Shown here in pieces: positions 1 to 13,538 of a DNA stretch of 64,000 bases (positions are counted from its first letter, which is position 1; every line of letters starts with the position of its first letter). Below the pieces are notes generated by a model. The model did not search any database, was not told where the DNA came from, and saw only the letters and a list, made by a program, of their open reading frames with translations. The stretch is from Dictyostelium discoideum (Eukaryota). The position numbers and the translations under genes were made by a program. The DNA lies in contig CM000154.2 in the NCBI GenBank assembly GCA_000004695.1, positions 4,960,001-5,024,000 on the forward strand, in the 5' to 3' direction.

Positions 1-2
1 AA

Positions 3-3000
3 CAAAAACCAATTAGATTTCAAGATTATCAATTCACAGCAACCAAAGATGAAGCATATGGTAGATCGGATAGATATGTAAAACAATTTTTAAATAAAAA
101 TTTATTAAAGAAAAAGGATGGAACATTGGGAACTGCTGAAGAGCTATTAACATTGATTCAACAATCCAATATAAATGTTGTGACAGCATCAACGGGTGGA
201 GCAGCAATGGGTGCAATGTTAAATCATACCGTATCAACCATTAATCTAACTGGTAGTGGTAGTGTACCAACCTATAATCCATCAGATAATAGAAATAGTG
301 GATCACATGTAATAACAAGTACAAATAGTGTAATTAGTAATTCAAGTATAAGTAGTACTGGTGTAATAAATAATAATATAAATAATAATAGTAATATAAA
401 TAGTAATACAGGAACGACGACAACAACAATATCATTACCAAATAATACAGAAATAAAAACAGCATTAGTTTCAACTGGTAGTCAAAATGCATCCGATACA
501 GCACAGATTGATATAGAATTTCATTTATCGTATACACAATTGGTGACATTACCACCAAGTATATTTAGTTTAATTTGGATTCAAAAGTTGGTATTGACTC
601 ATCATAATATAAAAACATTGAGTGAAGATATTGGAAAGTTACAACAACTTCAAGTGTTGGTATTGGAGAATAATAGATTGATCAATTTACCTCAATCAAT
701 TGGTGACTTGGTAAATTTGAAGAGATTAGAAGTCGATAACAATCATTTGGTATCACTATGTTCATTGGAGCGATTGTCAAAACTTGAAGTCCTCTCTGTA
801 AATAATAATAAATTAACCCTATTGCCAACTTCTATCGCTTCCCTCTCTAGTTTGAAAACTTTAAATATTAAATCAAATCCAATCATTACACCACCATCAA
901 CTGTTGTCTCTAAAGGTTTAAAAGATATTGTATCATTTCTTCGTGAATTAGAAACTGGTGCTAGACCATGTTTAAGATCAAAATTGGTAGTTTTAGGTGA
1001 TCGTAAGTGTTTTTTCGTAAAAATAAATATTAATTTAAATCAAATGATAATTGATAATATATTAATATATGTATTTTTTAATAAAAAAAGCTGGAGTTGG
1101 TAAAACATCAGTTGTACAATGTATGAAAGGTAAAAAGAAAAAAACAAATGTAACAAGTAGTAGTATAAATATTGGTGGATCAAGTGGATCAGAAGTTGGA
1201 ATTGAAATTGATCAATATGATTTTGATGTTGTATTTGATGAAGATGATAAAAAGAGAAGAGTGATAACCTTATCAACATGGGATATCGCTAATCAAGATG
1301 TTTACTTTGCAAGTAGTCAATTGTTTGATTCAGAGAGATCAGTGTATATAGTGGTATTCAATTTGAACAATGATGATTTCTCTGCCATAGAATATTGGTT
1401 ACATTGTATCATGAGTACATCACCAAATTCACCGATTGTATTGGTGGGTACACATATTGATGCATTTGAAAATTTAAATGTTGTCAATGCGGTATTGGAG
1501 AGTGTTGCCTCGAGATTTCAAAAGAGATTCACAAATATTCAAGCCATCATCTCGGTTTCATGTACCACCGGTTACGATGTCGACAAGTTACGTCAACTCA
1601 TTGAGGACATCATAAAGACTCAACCTTATCTCAAAGAGAAAGTCCCAAGTAGTTTCTTTACACTCGAGGAGGCATTGATCGAGGTGAAAAAGAAAAGAAT
1701 TCCACCAGTGATGATGTGGCAAGAATATATCAACCTAGCAAACATTTGTAATCTTAAAGACTCTGTTCAAATTCAACGTGCCACGGAATTCCTTCACAAT
1801 ATTGGCTCCATCGTTTATTTCAATGATTTAAATTCATCAACTGTTGGTAAAATGGTGATTTTGGATCAACAATGGATCATCAATTGTATGTCCTCTTTAA
1901 TCACCTCAAAGTTACTCATAAACAATTGTAATGGTATCGTTAGACAATCCGATTTGGAATTGGTTTGGAAAGCTCCAACTTATCCTGAACATCTTCATCC
2001 AGCTTTACTCTCTATCATGCAAGCATTTGAAATTTGTCGTTCATTATCACCATCGGATCTTGTACGTCCAGAGGAGGTCAATGAAAAAGAGGTCATGGGT
2101 GATCGTAATTTAGTACCAAATCTATTATCTGACAATACAAACATTGTAGCTCAATGGGATGATTTCATCGATCCTGATACAATCTTATTGAATAGACAAT
2201 ATCATTTACCATTTTTACCAGAGAAATTCTTTGGAAAGTTAATCATTCATCTTATGAATTTTACTAAAGTTGAAAGTTGTCAAAAACGTGCCGTTATCTT
2301 AAGAAATCAAGATAATCATGAAGCTTTAATTGAATTGAAAACAATTAAAGATAATAAAGATGGTACTTTTAAAAAGATTCTAACTGTTGATGTTCGTGGT
2401 CTAGTTTCACCAGTTAGTTTATTACGTATTGTAACTGATACAATTGAATCTTTATTTTCACAATGGTACAAATTAGATATTAAAAGGTAAAAATTTAATT
2501 AATTAAAAATAATAATTTTTTTTATTTAATTATTAACATTTTTTTTTTTTTATTTTTTTAATATAGATATATAAGTTGTTATGAATGTGCAATTTTATAT
2601 GATAGAAATCCAACATTATTTACAATTGAAGAATGTGAACTTGCAGTAATTGATGGTAAAACAGTTTTAACATGTAATCAAAAGAGTGATTCAGATAGAG
2701 TTTCAACATCACATAGATTGAAATTGGATATATTGGCACCAGATATTTCAATGGTAGATATACCAATACCAAGATTTAATTTAAGCGAAGTAAAGATCAA
2801 TAAAGAGGTTGGTCGTGGTGCATTTGGTATTGTTTATGAAGCGGAATGGATGAGTGAATGGATAGCATTGAAAAAGTTATTATTACCTTCATCAACCGAT
2901 ACAACCAATCTCAATGGTAATGGCGAAGTTATGGTCTACGATGATCCAGATCAATTGATTGAAGATCGTTTACGTGTATTTAGAGAGTTTAGACATGAGG

Positions 3001-6000
3001 TTTACTATATGAGTGGACTCAATCATCCAAATGTTATGAAAATCAGCGGTTTTTGTATTCAACCTTTATGTATGGCATTAGAGTATGTTCGTTATGGTTC
3101 ATTGTATAGTTTACTCTCAAATTCAAGTATAGAAATTAGTTGGGGACTACGTTTACAAATTGCTAGTGAAATCGCCAAAGGTATGCAACATCTTCATTCT
3201 CATAATCCACCCGTCATTCATAGAGATCTAAAGAGTCCAAATATACTCTTGAATGGTATTACCGAGGGTCAAAACTCAGTGGCCACAATCATTGATTTCG
3301 GTACAAGTACTGCTTTGTATGGTGGTGCCGCTTTAATTCGTTGTGTTGATCAACCACTTTGGTTGGGTCCAGAGGTTTTGGCAGGCACTGCCTATAGTGA
3401 ACCATCAGATGTTTACTCTTTTGGTATCATACTTTGGGAATTGTATACACGTGCTCATCCATTTGATGAGTTTCAATTTGGTCAATGGATGAGTAAATTG
3501 GAAGATGAAATCATTAGAGGTTTACGTCCAACTATTCCACCAACTTGTCCACCAGAATATGTAGAATTAATTCAATCATGTTGGACTCATGAACCAAATA
3601 GTCGTCCAACTTTTACAAGTATTGTCGAAATTTTAGGTCAAATTAAAAAGAAATTTGCTCCTTTACCATTTACTCATCCACCACATATTAGAAATATGAT
3701 GAGAAAATCAAGATCTTCTTCAATTTCTGAAGCAATGTTACCTTCAAATTTATTACATTTAAATTTAAATGGTATTAATAATAATAATAATAATAGCAAT
3801 AATAATAATAATAGCATACCAGTTACAACTATAAGTTTAACATCAAGTGGTACATCACCAACAAATTCACCAGTTGGTGGATTATTATCACAAAGTTTAA
3901 CTCAACCAATAACTTCAGGTGGTAGTACAAGTGGAATTTTATCAACATCAGTTAATAGAGATAATTCATCATTGGTATCAGCATCATCATTAGGTAATAA
4001 TACATCAACATCATCATTGGCTTCATTGGTATCAAATAATAGTGGTTTACATCATTCACCATCAGCTTCAGATGGATTAAATGATTATTATGGTGCGGAT
4101 AATAATAACAATAATAATGATAGTACAATGGATTTCTTCCAAGATATTTTCACAGAGGAAGAGAATGAACAACCTTATCCATTTGCAGATGATGATCAAC
4201 AAAAAGGTATACTCTTTGGTTTCGATGAAGAACAAACCAATCCAAGTGCATCATCCGTTAGTATTATCATTGCTGCAACGATGGCAAAAATGATTGAAAT
4301 GATGACTAAAGGTGAAAGTTCAGCTACATTAAAGAGTGAACATATCTCCACAAGAAGAAGATCAGATACAGCGGGTAAAAATGGTGTACCACCACATTGG
4401 AGAAATTCAGTTCCATTATCAACAAACTCCTCCACCACTTTGGATGAAACTTTTATCGATGATTTCATCTATGTTTATCGTTCATTCACAACACCAAGAA
4501 ATATTTTCAAATTATTGGTTCGTAGATTCTTTGGACCAAGACATACAGATAAAGTTGATACATTTACAATTAAGAAATTTGAACAAAAGAAAGCTGCAAT
4601 TCGTCAAGGTATTGCAGTTTTCTTAAGAAAATGGGTGGCCGATATTACAGAGTTGGAATTTAGACAAGAGGAGTTTTGGTTATATCATAATACCGTGGCT
4701 TTCACTAAACAATTCATTGCATCTGAATTCCCAACTATTGCAACTCAAATCTATGGTACATTAACAACCCATGAGGATGAAGTAAATTTAACCAATCAAA
4801 GATTCCTTCAAATTGCTTTTAGCGAAAGTGAAATTCAAATTGATCGTGCAATGTCTTCAATGCAATTAACAACACCAAAACCATTTAGAAGTCAAAAGAA
4901 TTTAGCGAATAGTTATAACTCTCAAAGTGGTGGCGGTGATTCTTCATTCTATTATCAACCATCATCAAATGATGTATCAAGAGTATTTTTAAATCTTGCA
5001 ACTGGTATGAGAGATCCATTATTAGGTATAACGGTTAAAGAAAAAAAATTCAAAAAAGATAAAGTTTCAACACTTTGTTGTAGTGGTTCAGAGATTATAG
5101 ATTGGATTACCAAATGTATGCCAATTAAAAGAGAAGAAGCATCCATTTTAGTTTTGGATATGTTGATGAAACAATTCTTTATTCAAATTTCAGATGATGG
5201 TATACCCATTTCAAATCAAAAAGGTACCAATCCAACCTTTTCAGATTCACCAACCTCATTCTATATGTTTTTAGAGGACGATCCAGAATTGATTGCTCGT
5301 CAATACACTTTCCTTGAATTGAAATATCTTCAAAATATTCATCCAAGAGAATTGTTGGGTTTCTCTGTTGGTTTGGTAATGCCAAATGAAAATGAAAAGG
5401 ATCCTGAGAAATGGAGACAATCAAATTTCCCACATATCTATGATTATTTTAGATGGTTCAATAAGATGACAATGTTAGTTAGTACAGAAATTTTAAGACA
5501 AAGAGATATTAAACAACGTGCTTCAATCATTGAAAAGTATATCTCTATCGCATTGGAGTATCTTAGTCTTTGGAATTTCAATGGTATCATGCAAGTATTA
5601 AGTTCACTCCATAGTGAACCAATTTCAAGACTCTCTGCAACTTGGGCAAAAGTTTCTCAGAGATCAATGGATTGTTTCTATGAACTCTCACGTCTTATGT
5701 TACCCGAATCCAATTATTTACCACTTCGTACGGCTTTAGCCTCACAAAAACCAAACACTATCATTCAAGCCTCACCACTCTATCCAAATATCTCCGCCTA
5801 TATGGTACATACCGTTTGTCCTACCATTCCATTCCTTGGGGCTTTAATAGCTGATCTCTCTCAAACTTGTACAGAGAATCCAACATTCATTAGTAGTGGC
5901 GGTGAAAAGATGATCAATATTCTTCGTGTTAAACGTCTCTCTAAAAAGATGAAAATGTTCAAAGAATACAAAGAGATGCCAACTCAATACCTTCCTGCAT

Positions 6001-8049
6001 TGACAACCATTCCACTCCAATACTATGAACATTATGTAAATGATTTGAAAGCATTGGATAGTTTACAAATTGATCGTCTATCTGATATCGAAAGAAAACT
6101 TGAAATCATCTGTGAAAAGAATGGCACAACCAATGATGACAAAGAGAAAGGTGATGAGAATGGTGGTGGTTTGACTAGTAGTAATTTCTTTGGTAATGGT
6201 TCCGATGAATTAACTGAACGTGATTGGACTATCCTCTTAACAAATGCTTCTGTCATCGCCTATAATCGTGGTGATGTCGTCATGGAAGAGAATGCTATAA
6301 ACACTCATCTCTATCGTATAAAGAGTGGTGCTATCTCTGTTGAAAAGAAAGATAAAGAAGGTATCAATTGTAAGGTCGCTACGATGTTTGCTCCAAAGAT
6401 GTTTGGTGAAATGTCTTTCCTTGGTAATAAAACAACTGCTCGTTTAACCGTTGATGAAGAATCTGATCTCTACGTTATGGATATTCCTTTCTTAAATAAT
6501 CTATTCAATGGTCATCCACGTTTAGGTGCTAAATTCTATAAGATTATGGCAAATCAATTGGCAATTAGATTAAAGAATTTACCATGGTCAAAACCAAAAA
6601 ATACAACTGGTGGTAGTAGTAGTAGTAATCAATCTGCTGGTCCAGATAATATTTTAGGTACAACTCCAACTGGTATTAGTAGTAGTGGCGGTGGTTTAAC
6701 TTCATTATTAAATCAAAACCTTTCATCCATTATGTCATTATCAAATAGTAATACACCACCAGCATCACCAAGAGTAATGACTACACCAACATTACCATCT
6801 CCACCAGCTCCATTACAATCTCCACCAACCAGTGGTATTAGTTCACCAACAACAACAACATCAACAACAACTGATCAACAAAAAATTAATAATACAATTT
6901 TCCAAAATGTACATCCAACAATTAATGTTCATCGTACATCTTCATCAGCAAATTTAGTTTCTCCACATGGACGTCCATCAAATTCAGGTTTCGGTCATTC
7001 AAGTGGTGGTGAAAGAACCATTAATAAAGATCCACATCAAAGAGATAGTGGTAGTATGGATAAACCAATTCTATCACTTGGAAGTGGTGGTACACCTCGT
7101 GGTGATGGTGCTCGTAGTGGATCCATTAGTTATTTAGGTCGTACTCAAACCTCAACTTCACCATTGAATGAAGGTTTAAGCGGAGGTCAACAACCAGTTA
7201 TGAAAAAGAATGATCAAGAGTTTTGTCAAAGATTTGCATTGGTCGATGAAATTGTCATTAAAGATTATCCATGTTCATTAAACCGTTCCGGTAGATTGTA
7301 TATCTCTCAACAACATGTTTGTTTCTACAGTAAATTCTTTGGTTATAAAACTAAAAAGGTAATTCCATTCAAAAATATTGACAAACTAATTTGTATCAAT
7401 GTCAATCAAATAGAACTCACTCGTCTTAAAAACACCGTACCAAGTAATTATCGTTTAACTTTCCAAACTGGCAAAGATCGTGAAGATGCTTTCAGTATGA
7501 TTCATATCCTTTGGGATTCATCAAAAGTCTCCAATTCCTCCTCTGATGAAATCAAAAATAAATTGGCTGCCGAAAGAAAGAAAGTCAATAATCTTACACT
7601 CAAAACTCGTTCCAATAAAAACAAAGGCGATGAACTCACCAAAGAGGATTGGGAATTAATCGGTTGTGAAGGTTCACGTTCCTCCACTTTCAAAAAGGAT
7701 GAAGTAATCATTCGTGAAGGTGAACGTATGCAAAAGATTTTCCAAATTGGTAAAGGTGTTTGTCGTATTGAAAAATCAGTACCTGTTGCTCCTGGCTCTT
7801 CTGAAATGAAAAAAGTTGTACTTGGAACAATGAAACAAGATGATACCTTTGGTGAAATCACTTACCTCTTAAATGGTGAAACCACTGCTGATGTCATTGC
7901 TGACACTGATCAAACCGAGGTTTATACAATCGAAGGTCAATTTGTAAATATTTTATTCGATTTAAATCCTGCTTTAGCTTCAAAATGGTTTAAATATTTA
8001 GCCACTGCTTTAAACAAAACTTTAATTGAAAGAGAATCACAACTTTATG

Positions 8050-8054
<5 letters not shown>
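3..8054 (+). CDS. gbpC: Roco-family cGMP-binding protein GbpC (LRR–Roc GTPase–COR–TKL kinase–RasGEF-N–DEP–RasGEF–cNB-A–GRAM–cNB-B), 5'-partial, 3 exons
   Basis: The frame is open from base 3 with no stop, so the first few codons lie upstream of the window. LRR repeats (LxxLxLxxNxL) occupy 540-900. Exon 1 ends at 1002 with donor GTAAGTG at 1003. Exon 2 runs 1091..2486; the splice restores the Roc P-loop GDPGVGKTS (c|ct codon). Donor GTAAAAA sits at 2487 and the acceptor is atatag at 2566. Exon 3 is 2567..8054: a protein-kinase domain (GRGAFGIVYEAEW...HRDLKSPNIL...DFG...PEV), a DEP-like segment, a RasGEF catalytic region, two cyclic-nucleotide-binding motifs (FGEMSFL...RLT and FGEITYL...ADTD) flanking a GRAM domain, then stop TAA at 8052-8054. 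The summed coding length of about 2627 aa matches the roughly 2631-aa GbpC known from the literature. Confidence 0.9.
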
Positions 8055-8087
<33 letters not shown>

Positions 8088-8618
8088 ATTAGTTTATAGT
8101 AAATAATAATTAATTACATTAATTAAAACTGTATATATAAATATAAAATTTAATATATTCATTTAAAGAAAATAAATAAATAAATAAAATAAATAAAAAA
8201 AAAAAAATTAGTAAAATTACAAATCAATTTAATAAAATCCATAAATTTTAATTCTTAGGAATCAATTTTATTAATATTTTCTTTATTTTATTTTATTTTT
8301 TTTTTTTAAAAGAATCTTTTTAATAATAATTAAAAGTGATGTTTAACTTTAATGATTTACTATTCTTGTAACTTTTAGTATTTCTAGAAAGGAGTTTATC
8401 TATAATTCATAGGTTTACAAAAATTTAAAATAAACTTTAATGATTTACTTTTAAATTTTTGTAATCTTGATAAACCAAATACAATACCAGCAACAAAAAA
8501 ATATTGAAAACCTATGAATCTATTGATGTATTTTATTTTATTTATTGATGTTGTTGCTCATCTTTAGAATAATTTAATATAATCTTATTGAGAATAACAA
8601 TAATAACAATAATAATAT

Positions 8619-10068
8619 TTAAACATATGTTGATAAATCTGTTAAAGTAATAAAAGGGTCTCTAAAAATATTAACTTTTCCAGAAACTTCCAGTGATGCT
8701 TCAGATGTTACAACTCGAACAAATGCTAAAGAATCTAAAGAAAAACCTAAAATTTTTTTAAAATTATTACCTAAAATTTCCATTATTTGATTTGCTTTTA
8801 AACTTTTTTCAAGCGAATTAAATTTTGGATTGACATTATTGCAATGTGAAATTATTCTATACATTGTTTTTGAAGGAACTTTTAAAGTAAGAAGTTGTAA
8901 TGATTGATCATTTTCTTCTTTTTTTTTAATTCTGCCCATAGTAGGACCAAAAGAATATATAAATTCGAATTGTTTCATTGAGATTTTTGATGTATTTTCT
9001 CTCTTTCTTTTTTGATCGTTTTTATTATTTAGTTCTTTATCTTCTTCATCTTCCTCATCATCTGAACACTTATCTTCAGAAACTTCAATGTTTGATAAAT
9101 TCTCTTCCTTATCAATTTCTTCTTCTTTATCAGTTTCTTCTTCTTCTTCCTCCTCTCCTTTTTCTTCTTTTTCTTCATCATCTTCATCATCTTCTTGATT
9201 AGCATAATGCTCATAATCATCAATATCATACTCTTGATCGATATATCGAATTTTTTTATGTTTTTCATCATTAATTATTTTCTTTGGTGTTGTATTTTTT
9301 GTTTCTGTTGATGTTGTTAATCTATTAAAAAATTTATCAGAATTTCTAGTCATCCAAAGTAACATTAATGAATAAATATATGAAGGTTGAATTATAACAT
9401 CGGAAATGGAGCAATCATATTTAAAATGCAACCATTTTGTGGCTTCCTTTATTATTTCTTTATCACCATTTGAAAGTACCATATTATATGAAAGAAGTTG
9501 CGGCTCACTAGAATTATTTTTACATGAAGTTCCTTTTTCTGTATCAATATTTCTACATGAAACCAATACTATTTTTGAAAATTTATTTACATTTGCTTTA
9601 TTTTAAAAATTTGTTTTTAATAATTCTTTTAATATATATGCATGTATATTTTATATGTATGTATTTATTGACCCATTTTTTTTTTTTAAAAAAAAAAAAT
9701 AAATAAATAATCTTACCTTCTATATTTTTTGAAGAAATATAAATACCAATACTTGGAAATAATTCATTTTCTTTGATTATATTTGGATCAAGTTCTATTA
9801 TTAAAATTTTACATTCATAGGCAAAATGACGATTTCTTTTTATTGATGCTAAATTATGACTTAAAAATTGATTTAAATCACTTGTTAATTTATTTAAATA
9901 ATTTCTTTGTAACATTATATCATTACCATATTTTTGAATTTTAAAATTAAAAAGTGGAGTTACTCTATGAATATTCCAAGGAACATTTTTAAATGAATCA
10001 AATGATTTAAATTTTTCACATTCTTTTTGAAGATATATATCTAAATCTTTTAAAATATCATTTTCCAT
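8619..10068 (-). CDS. hypothetical protein with central acidic (D/E-rich) low-complexity region, 433 aa, 2 exons
   Basis: ATG at 10068. Exon 1 is 10068..9717, ending GAAG|GTAAGATT (phase 1). The intron contains the poly-T/A tract at 9690-9716. The acceptor is aaaatag and exon 2 is 9568..8619 (G+TA gives Val), with stop at 8619-8621. Exon 2 is 950 nt, which is consistent with the frame. The product has no recognisable family and carries a long acidic stretch, EDDEDDEEKEEKGEEEEEEETDKEEE. Confidence 0.6.
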
Positions 10069-11151
10069 ATTCGGTTTCAATTTTCATAAAAAAAAAAAAA
10101 AAAAAAAAAACAATTTTCAAAAATAAAAAAAAAAATTATTTCATAAAAACAAAAAATAAAAAATATCTTTTGGATTAAAATGAAGGATAGTAAATAAATC
10201 CAAAGTTCCTTCCAAAAGGCAAAAAATTGTATTATTTTTTTTTTTTTTAGAAAATAATTACCCTAACAATTATTTTACACAAAAAAAAAAATAAAAAAAA
10301 TAATAAAAAACAATTTTAATCCATTATATTTCCTATTTAAAAAATAACCTTATTTATCCCAACTTTTAACACCAAACTTAAATTAAAATTAGAAATTTCT
10401 TACTTTGAAAAAATTATGATCAATATATTTATTTCTTTATTTGAAACAGAGAAAATTTTTTATTATTTATTAATTTTTTTTTTTTTGTTTTTTTTTAATT
10501 TTTTTTCAATAATTTAAAAAACAAATCTATTATTATTTTCCCATTTTTAATTTCATAGTTTTTATTTTATTTAATGGGGAGATTTTCCTAGCAATTATAA
10601 TTCAATGAAAAATTTTATAATTTTTTAAAAAATAAAAAAAATTAAATAATGAAATTGTTAAAATAGGGTAAACACAACTAAATTGGAAGTAATCTTATTT
10701 TTTAATTAATAACCCCCATACCACTTGTGTTAAATTTTTTACCAGGATCCATGTTTTAATTTAATTAATTTATCAAAATTCGATAACTTTTTAATAAAAA
10801 GTAATTGATTAAAATTGTAATAAATTAAATAAAAAATTAAAAAATAAAATAAAAAAAAAGAAATAAAAAAAAAATATAAAAGGGTTGTGTTTTTAATTAA
10901 TTTATTAAATCAAAAAACTAAGTTTAATTAATTAATTAAAAAAAGAAAAACAAAACAAAACAAAACAAAGAAATGGCTTTATTTAGTAATATTAAATTTT
11001 TTTTTTTTTATAAAAAATAATAACTACAAAAATTAATTAAATTATTAACCATAAACCTATATTTTTTATTTTTTGTATTTTTATTTCTATAGACTCAATC
11101 TCTAAAATTGGTTCAATCAACTCCAAATCAAACACTTTAATTAATTCTACA

Positions 11152-11328
11152 ATGAATGGTAATGCATTTGGATCAAATGAAATCTCTGTACTTGCAAATA
11201 CCAATGTAAATGCAGCAACAAATACAAATCTTAGTGTTGCTGGTATCACATTAGTTAATGCCAAGACAAACACCAATGCGTTAAAGTTTAAATCTATTAC
11301 CAAATGTAACAGTTGTTGTAATTACTAA
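11152..11328 (+). CDS. possible small ORF (58 aa, N/T-rich, C-terminal CNSCCNY); coding strand ambiguous because an 88-aa hydrophobic ORF lies antisense at 11037..11303
   Basis: An island of GC content higher than the flanking intergenic DNA sits between two minus-strand genes. The plus frame uses Dictyostelium-preferred codons (GGT, GCA, ACA, TCA, AAT) with few G-ending codons. The minus frame encodes two putative TM helices but uses more GTG/TTG/GAG codons. No homology is recognisable on either strand. Confidence 0.2.
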   Translation: MNGNAFGSNEISVLANTNVNAATNTNLSVAGITLVNAKTNTNALKFKSITKCNSCCNY

Positions 11329-11500
11329 AGATAACAATGATATATTGTATCCCATAAATACTATTACCTTATTATTATTATGATTTTATCCACACATACA
11401 TACACACCATCATAACTACATTGATTAATTTTTTTTTTTATATAATTTTTTTTTTTATTTTATTTTATTTTTTTTTTACACTATATTACTATATATAATT

Positions 11501-12203
11501 TATTGTACGTGTTCTACTTTACTAAGTGGTTCTTCTAAATATTCACGTAATTTTTGTGTCTATAGTAATAATAATAAAAATTAGTAAAGAATAAAATAAT
11601 TAATGAAATCTGAAACTAAGTTTATATAGAGATATACCTTTAATTTTAATAAACCAAATTCAGTATTGATATCGCTATATACACATAATAAAAGAGATGC
11701 AAACTCTTGTAATTACAAATCTTCCCTCCTTTTATATAATAATAAAAATAAAACTATTAGTATGCATGTTTTAAACCAAAGTGCGTAAAAATGTTTTATA
11801 TGTTTATAATGCATTTAATATTGTATATTATTAATACGAACTTCACAATCAATTAATTGATATTGTAAATCTGAATTTCTATTATAAGCAGTCCAAATAT
11901 TTGAAGTAATGGCTGCAACAATTTTTGAGGTATTGTGTGATGATGTTGTAGCATCTGAACATGCAATTAATGAGCCATCATCTTTCATTAATCTGTTTAA
12001 ATAGCAACAATTAATTAATAAACAAATAATAATGTTCATAAAGAAATAGTTAGTATTATGGTTTTTTTTTTTTTTTTTTTTCATTTTTTTTCGGTCGGGG
12101 AAAAAAGATTTTGTATTATAAAATATACACACAATACACCTTTAGTATCTGTATTGTTTATGGCTTGATTTAAAATTTGTGGTAAAATCTTTGATCTTAA
12201 CAT
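11501..12203 (-). CDS. lamtor2: Ragulator complex protein LAMTOR2 (p14/roadblock-fold) homologue, about 4 exons
   Basis: Exon 1 (12203..~12140) gives MLRSKILPQILNQAINNTDTK(GV), aligning with human LAMTOR2 MLRPKALTQVLSQANTGGVQS. The next exon (acceptor cag at 11993) gives LMKDDGSLIACSDATTSSHNTSKIVAAITSNIWTAYNRNSDLQYQLIDCEV, aligning with NNEGSLLAYSG...RVTAAIASNIWAAYDRNGNQAF...LMDCMEG. A middle exon (~11648..11720) gives QEFASLLLCVYSDINTEFGLLKLK, aligning with ANLLLCMYAKETVGFGMLKAK. The last exon (acceptor ctatag, ~11556..11501) gives TQKLREYLEEPLSKVEHVQ*, aligning with AQALVQYLEEPLTQV. Exact splice junctions around 11720-11850 are uncertain. Confidence 0.75.
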
Positions 12204-12809
12204 TCTAGTATACGTCTATTTTTATTTTAATTTTAGTTCTTGAAACAAATATAAAAAAAAAAAAAAAAAAATATTTTGAAAAAAAAAGAAAAAAAAAAAT
12301 AAAAAATAAAAAAAAATAAAAATAAAATAAAAAAAATTAAAAAAAAAAAAAATTTTAAAATAAAACTCATTTTAAATTTCCATCCCTAAACAAAACAAAT
12401 AAAATGAATAATCAACAATATTGTTTTTTACAAAATGTGGCAAATTAAAGAAACAATTGTTACCTTTGTTGTTTTTTTAATTTGTCGCATTTGGTAAAAA
12501 AAAAAAAAAAAAAAAAAAAAAATGAAAATTTGATTATTGAATAAATCAAATTTTCATTTTTTTTATTTTATTTTATTTTATTTTTTTTTGGTTCAATGAT
12601 TTTCTTATAGTTGTGTTCTTCCTTTTTCATTTCATTAAATATATTTAAAAAATTTTTCAAAAAAAAGATTTCCAGAAAAAAAAAAAAAAAAATTATGATA
12701 ATATCAATTTTCAAGAAAAATATTTCAAGAAAAAAAAATTAAAAAAAAGGGATAAAAATAGATCAATTTTTTTTTTTTTTTTAGGATCATGGTTTAAATA
12801 GATACCAAA

Positions 12810-12811
12810 AA

Positions 12812-12862
<51 letters not shown>
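12810..12862. repeat. (AAAT)n microsatellite, about 12 units, intergenic
   Basis: Direct reading: aaataaataaataaat…. Confidence 0.9.
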
Positions 12863-12863
<1 letters not shown>

Positions 12864-12960
12864 AATAAACTTAATAAAAAATAATAACTAAGAAAAAAAA
12901 AAAAAAAAAAATAAAAAAATGGTCTCATTGCATTATAAACCCATAAAAAATAATAATTAA

Positions 12961-13052
12961 GAAAAAATTAAAAAAAAAAAAAAAAATTAAAAAAAATTAA
13001 AAAAAATTAAAAAAAATTAAAAAAAATTAAAAAAAACTAAAAAAAATTAAAA
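12961..13052. repeat. tandem 9-10-mer repeat (AAAAAAATT)n, about 9 units, intergenic
   Basis: Direct reading: ttaaaaaaaattaaaaaaaattaaaaaaaattaaaaaaaa…, with one unit variant (aactaaaaaaa). Confidence 0.85.
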
Positions 13053-13538
13053 AAAAAATTTAATTATTTGAAAAATGGTTGTGTGTGAACTAAATCACTT
13101 TTTTTTTTTTTTAAATTTTTTTTTTTTTGATATTTTTTTTTTTAAAAAATTTTTTTTTTTTTCTTTTTTATAATTTTTTATAAAGTCAATTTGTTGTAAT
13201 ATATTTGTTGTATCTATATCTCTTTTTTAAATTAATATGTAAGTTTCTTTAATTTTTTTTATTTTATTTTTATTTTTATTTTTTTATTCAATTTGAATTT
13301 AGTTTATCAAATTTGATTATATATATTATTTTTTACAAATAAAATTAATATAAAAAGATTATTCAAAGAATTGAGTCTAACCAATTTTTTTTTTTTTTTC
13401 TTTTTTTTTCTTTTTTTTTTTTTTTTTAAATTAAAATTAAAAAAATTAATTAAATTATCAATTTTTTTATTTTATTTTTTTTATTTTTTTATTTTTTTTT
13501 TTTATATTTAACAAATTAATAAATATAATTTTTAAAGA

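Noticed and set aside
1069-2490. ORF-track entry starting MYFLIKKAGVGKTS treated as an independent gene
   Set aside because: Its first residues are intronic. The true junction (1002/1091) fuses it in phase to the LRR exon, restoring the Roc P-loop GDPGVGKTS, so it is exon 2 of gbpC.
8055-8090. 32-nt poly(A) immediately after the gbpC stop codon, considered as a retro-copied (processed) gene signature
   Set aside because: gbpC retains two introns, so it is not a processed copy. Genomic poly(A) tracts after stop codons are ubiquitous in this genome.
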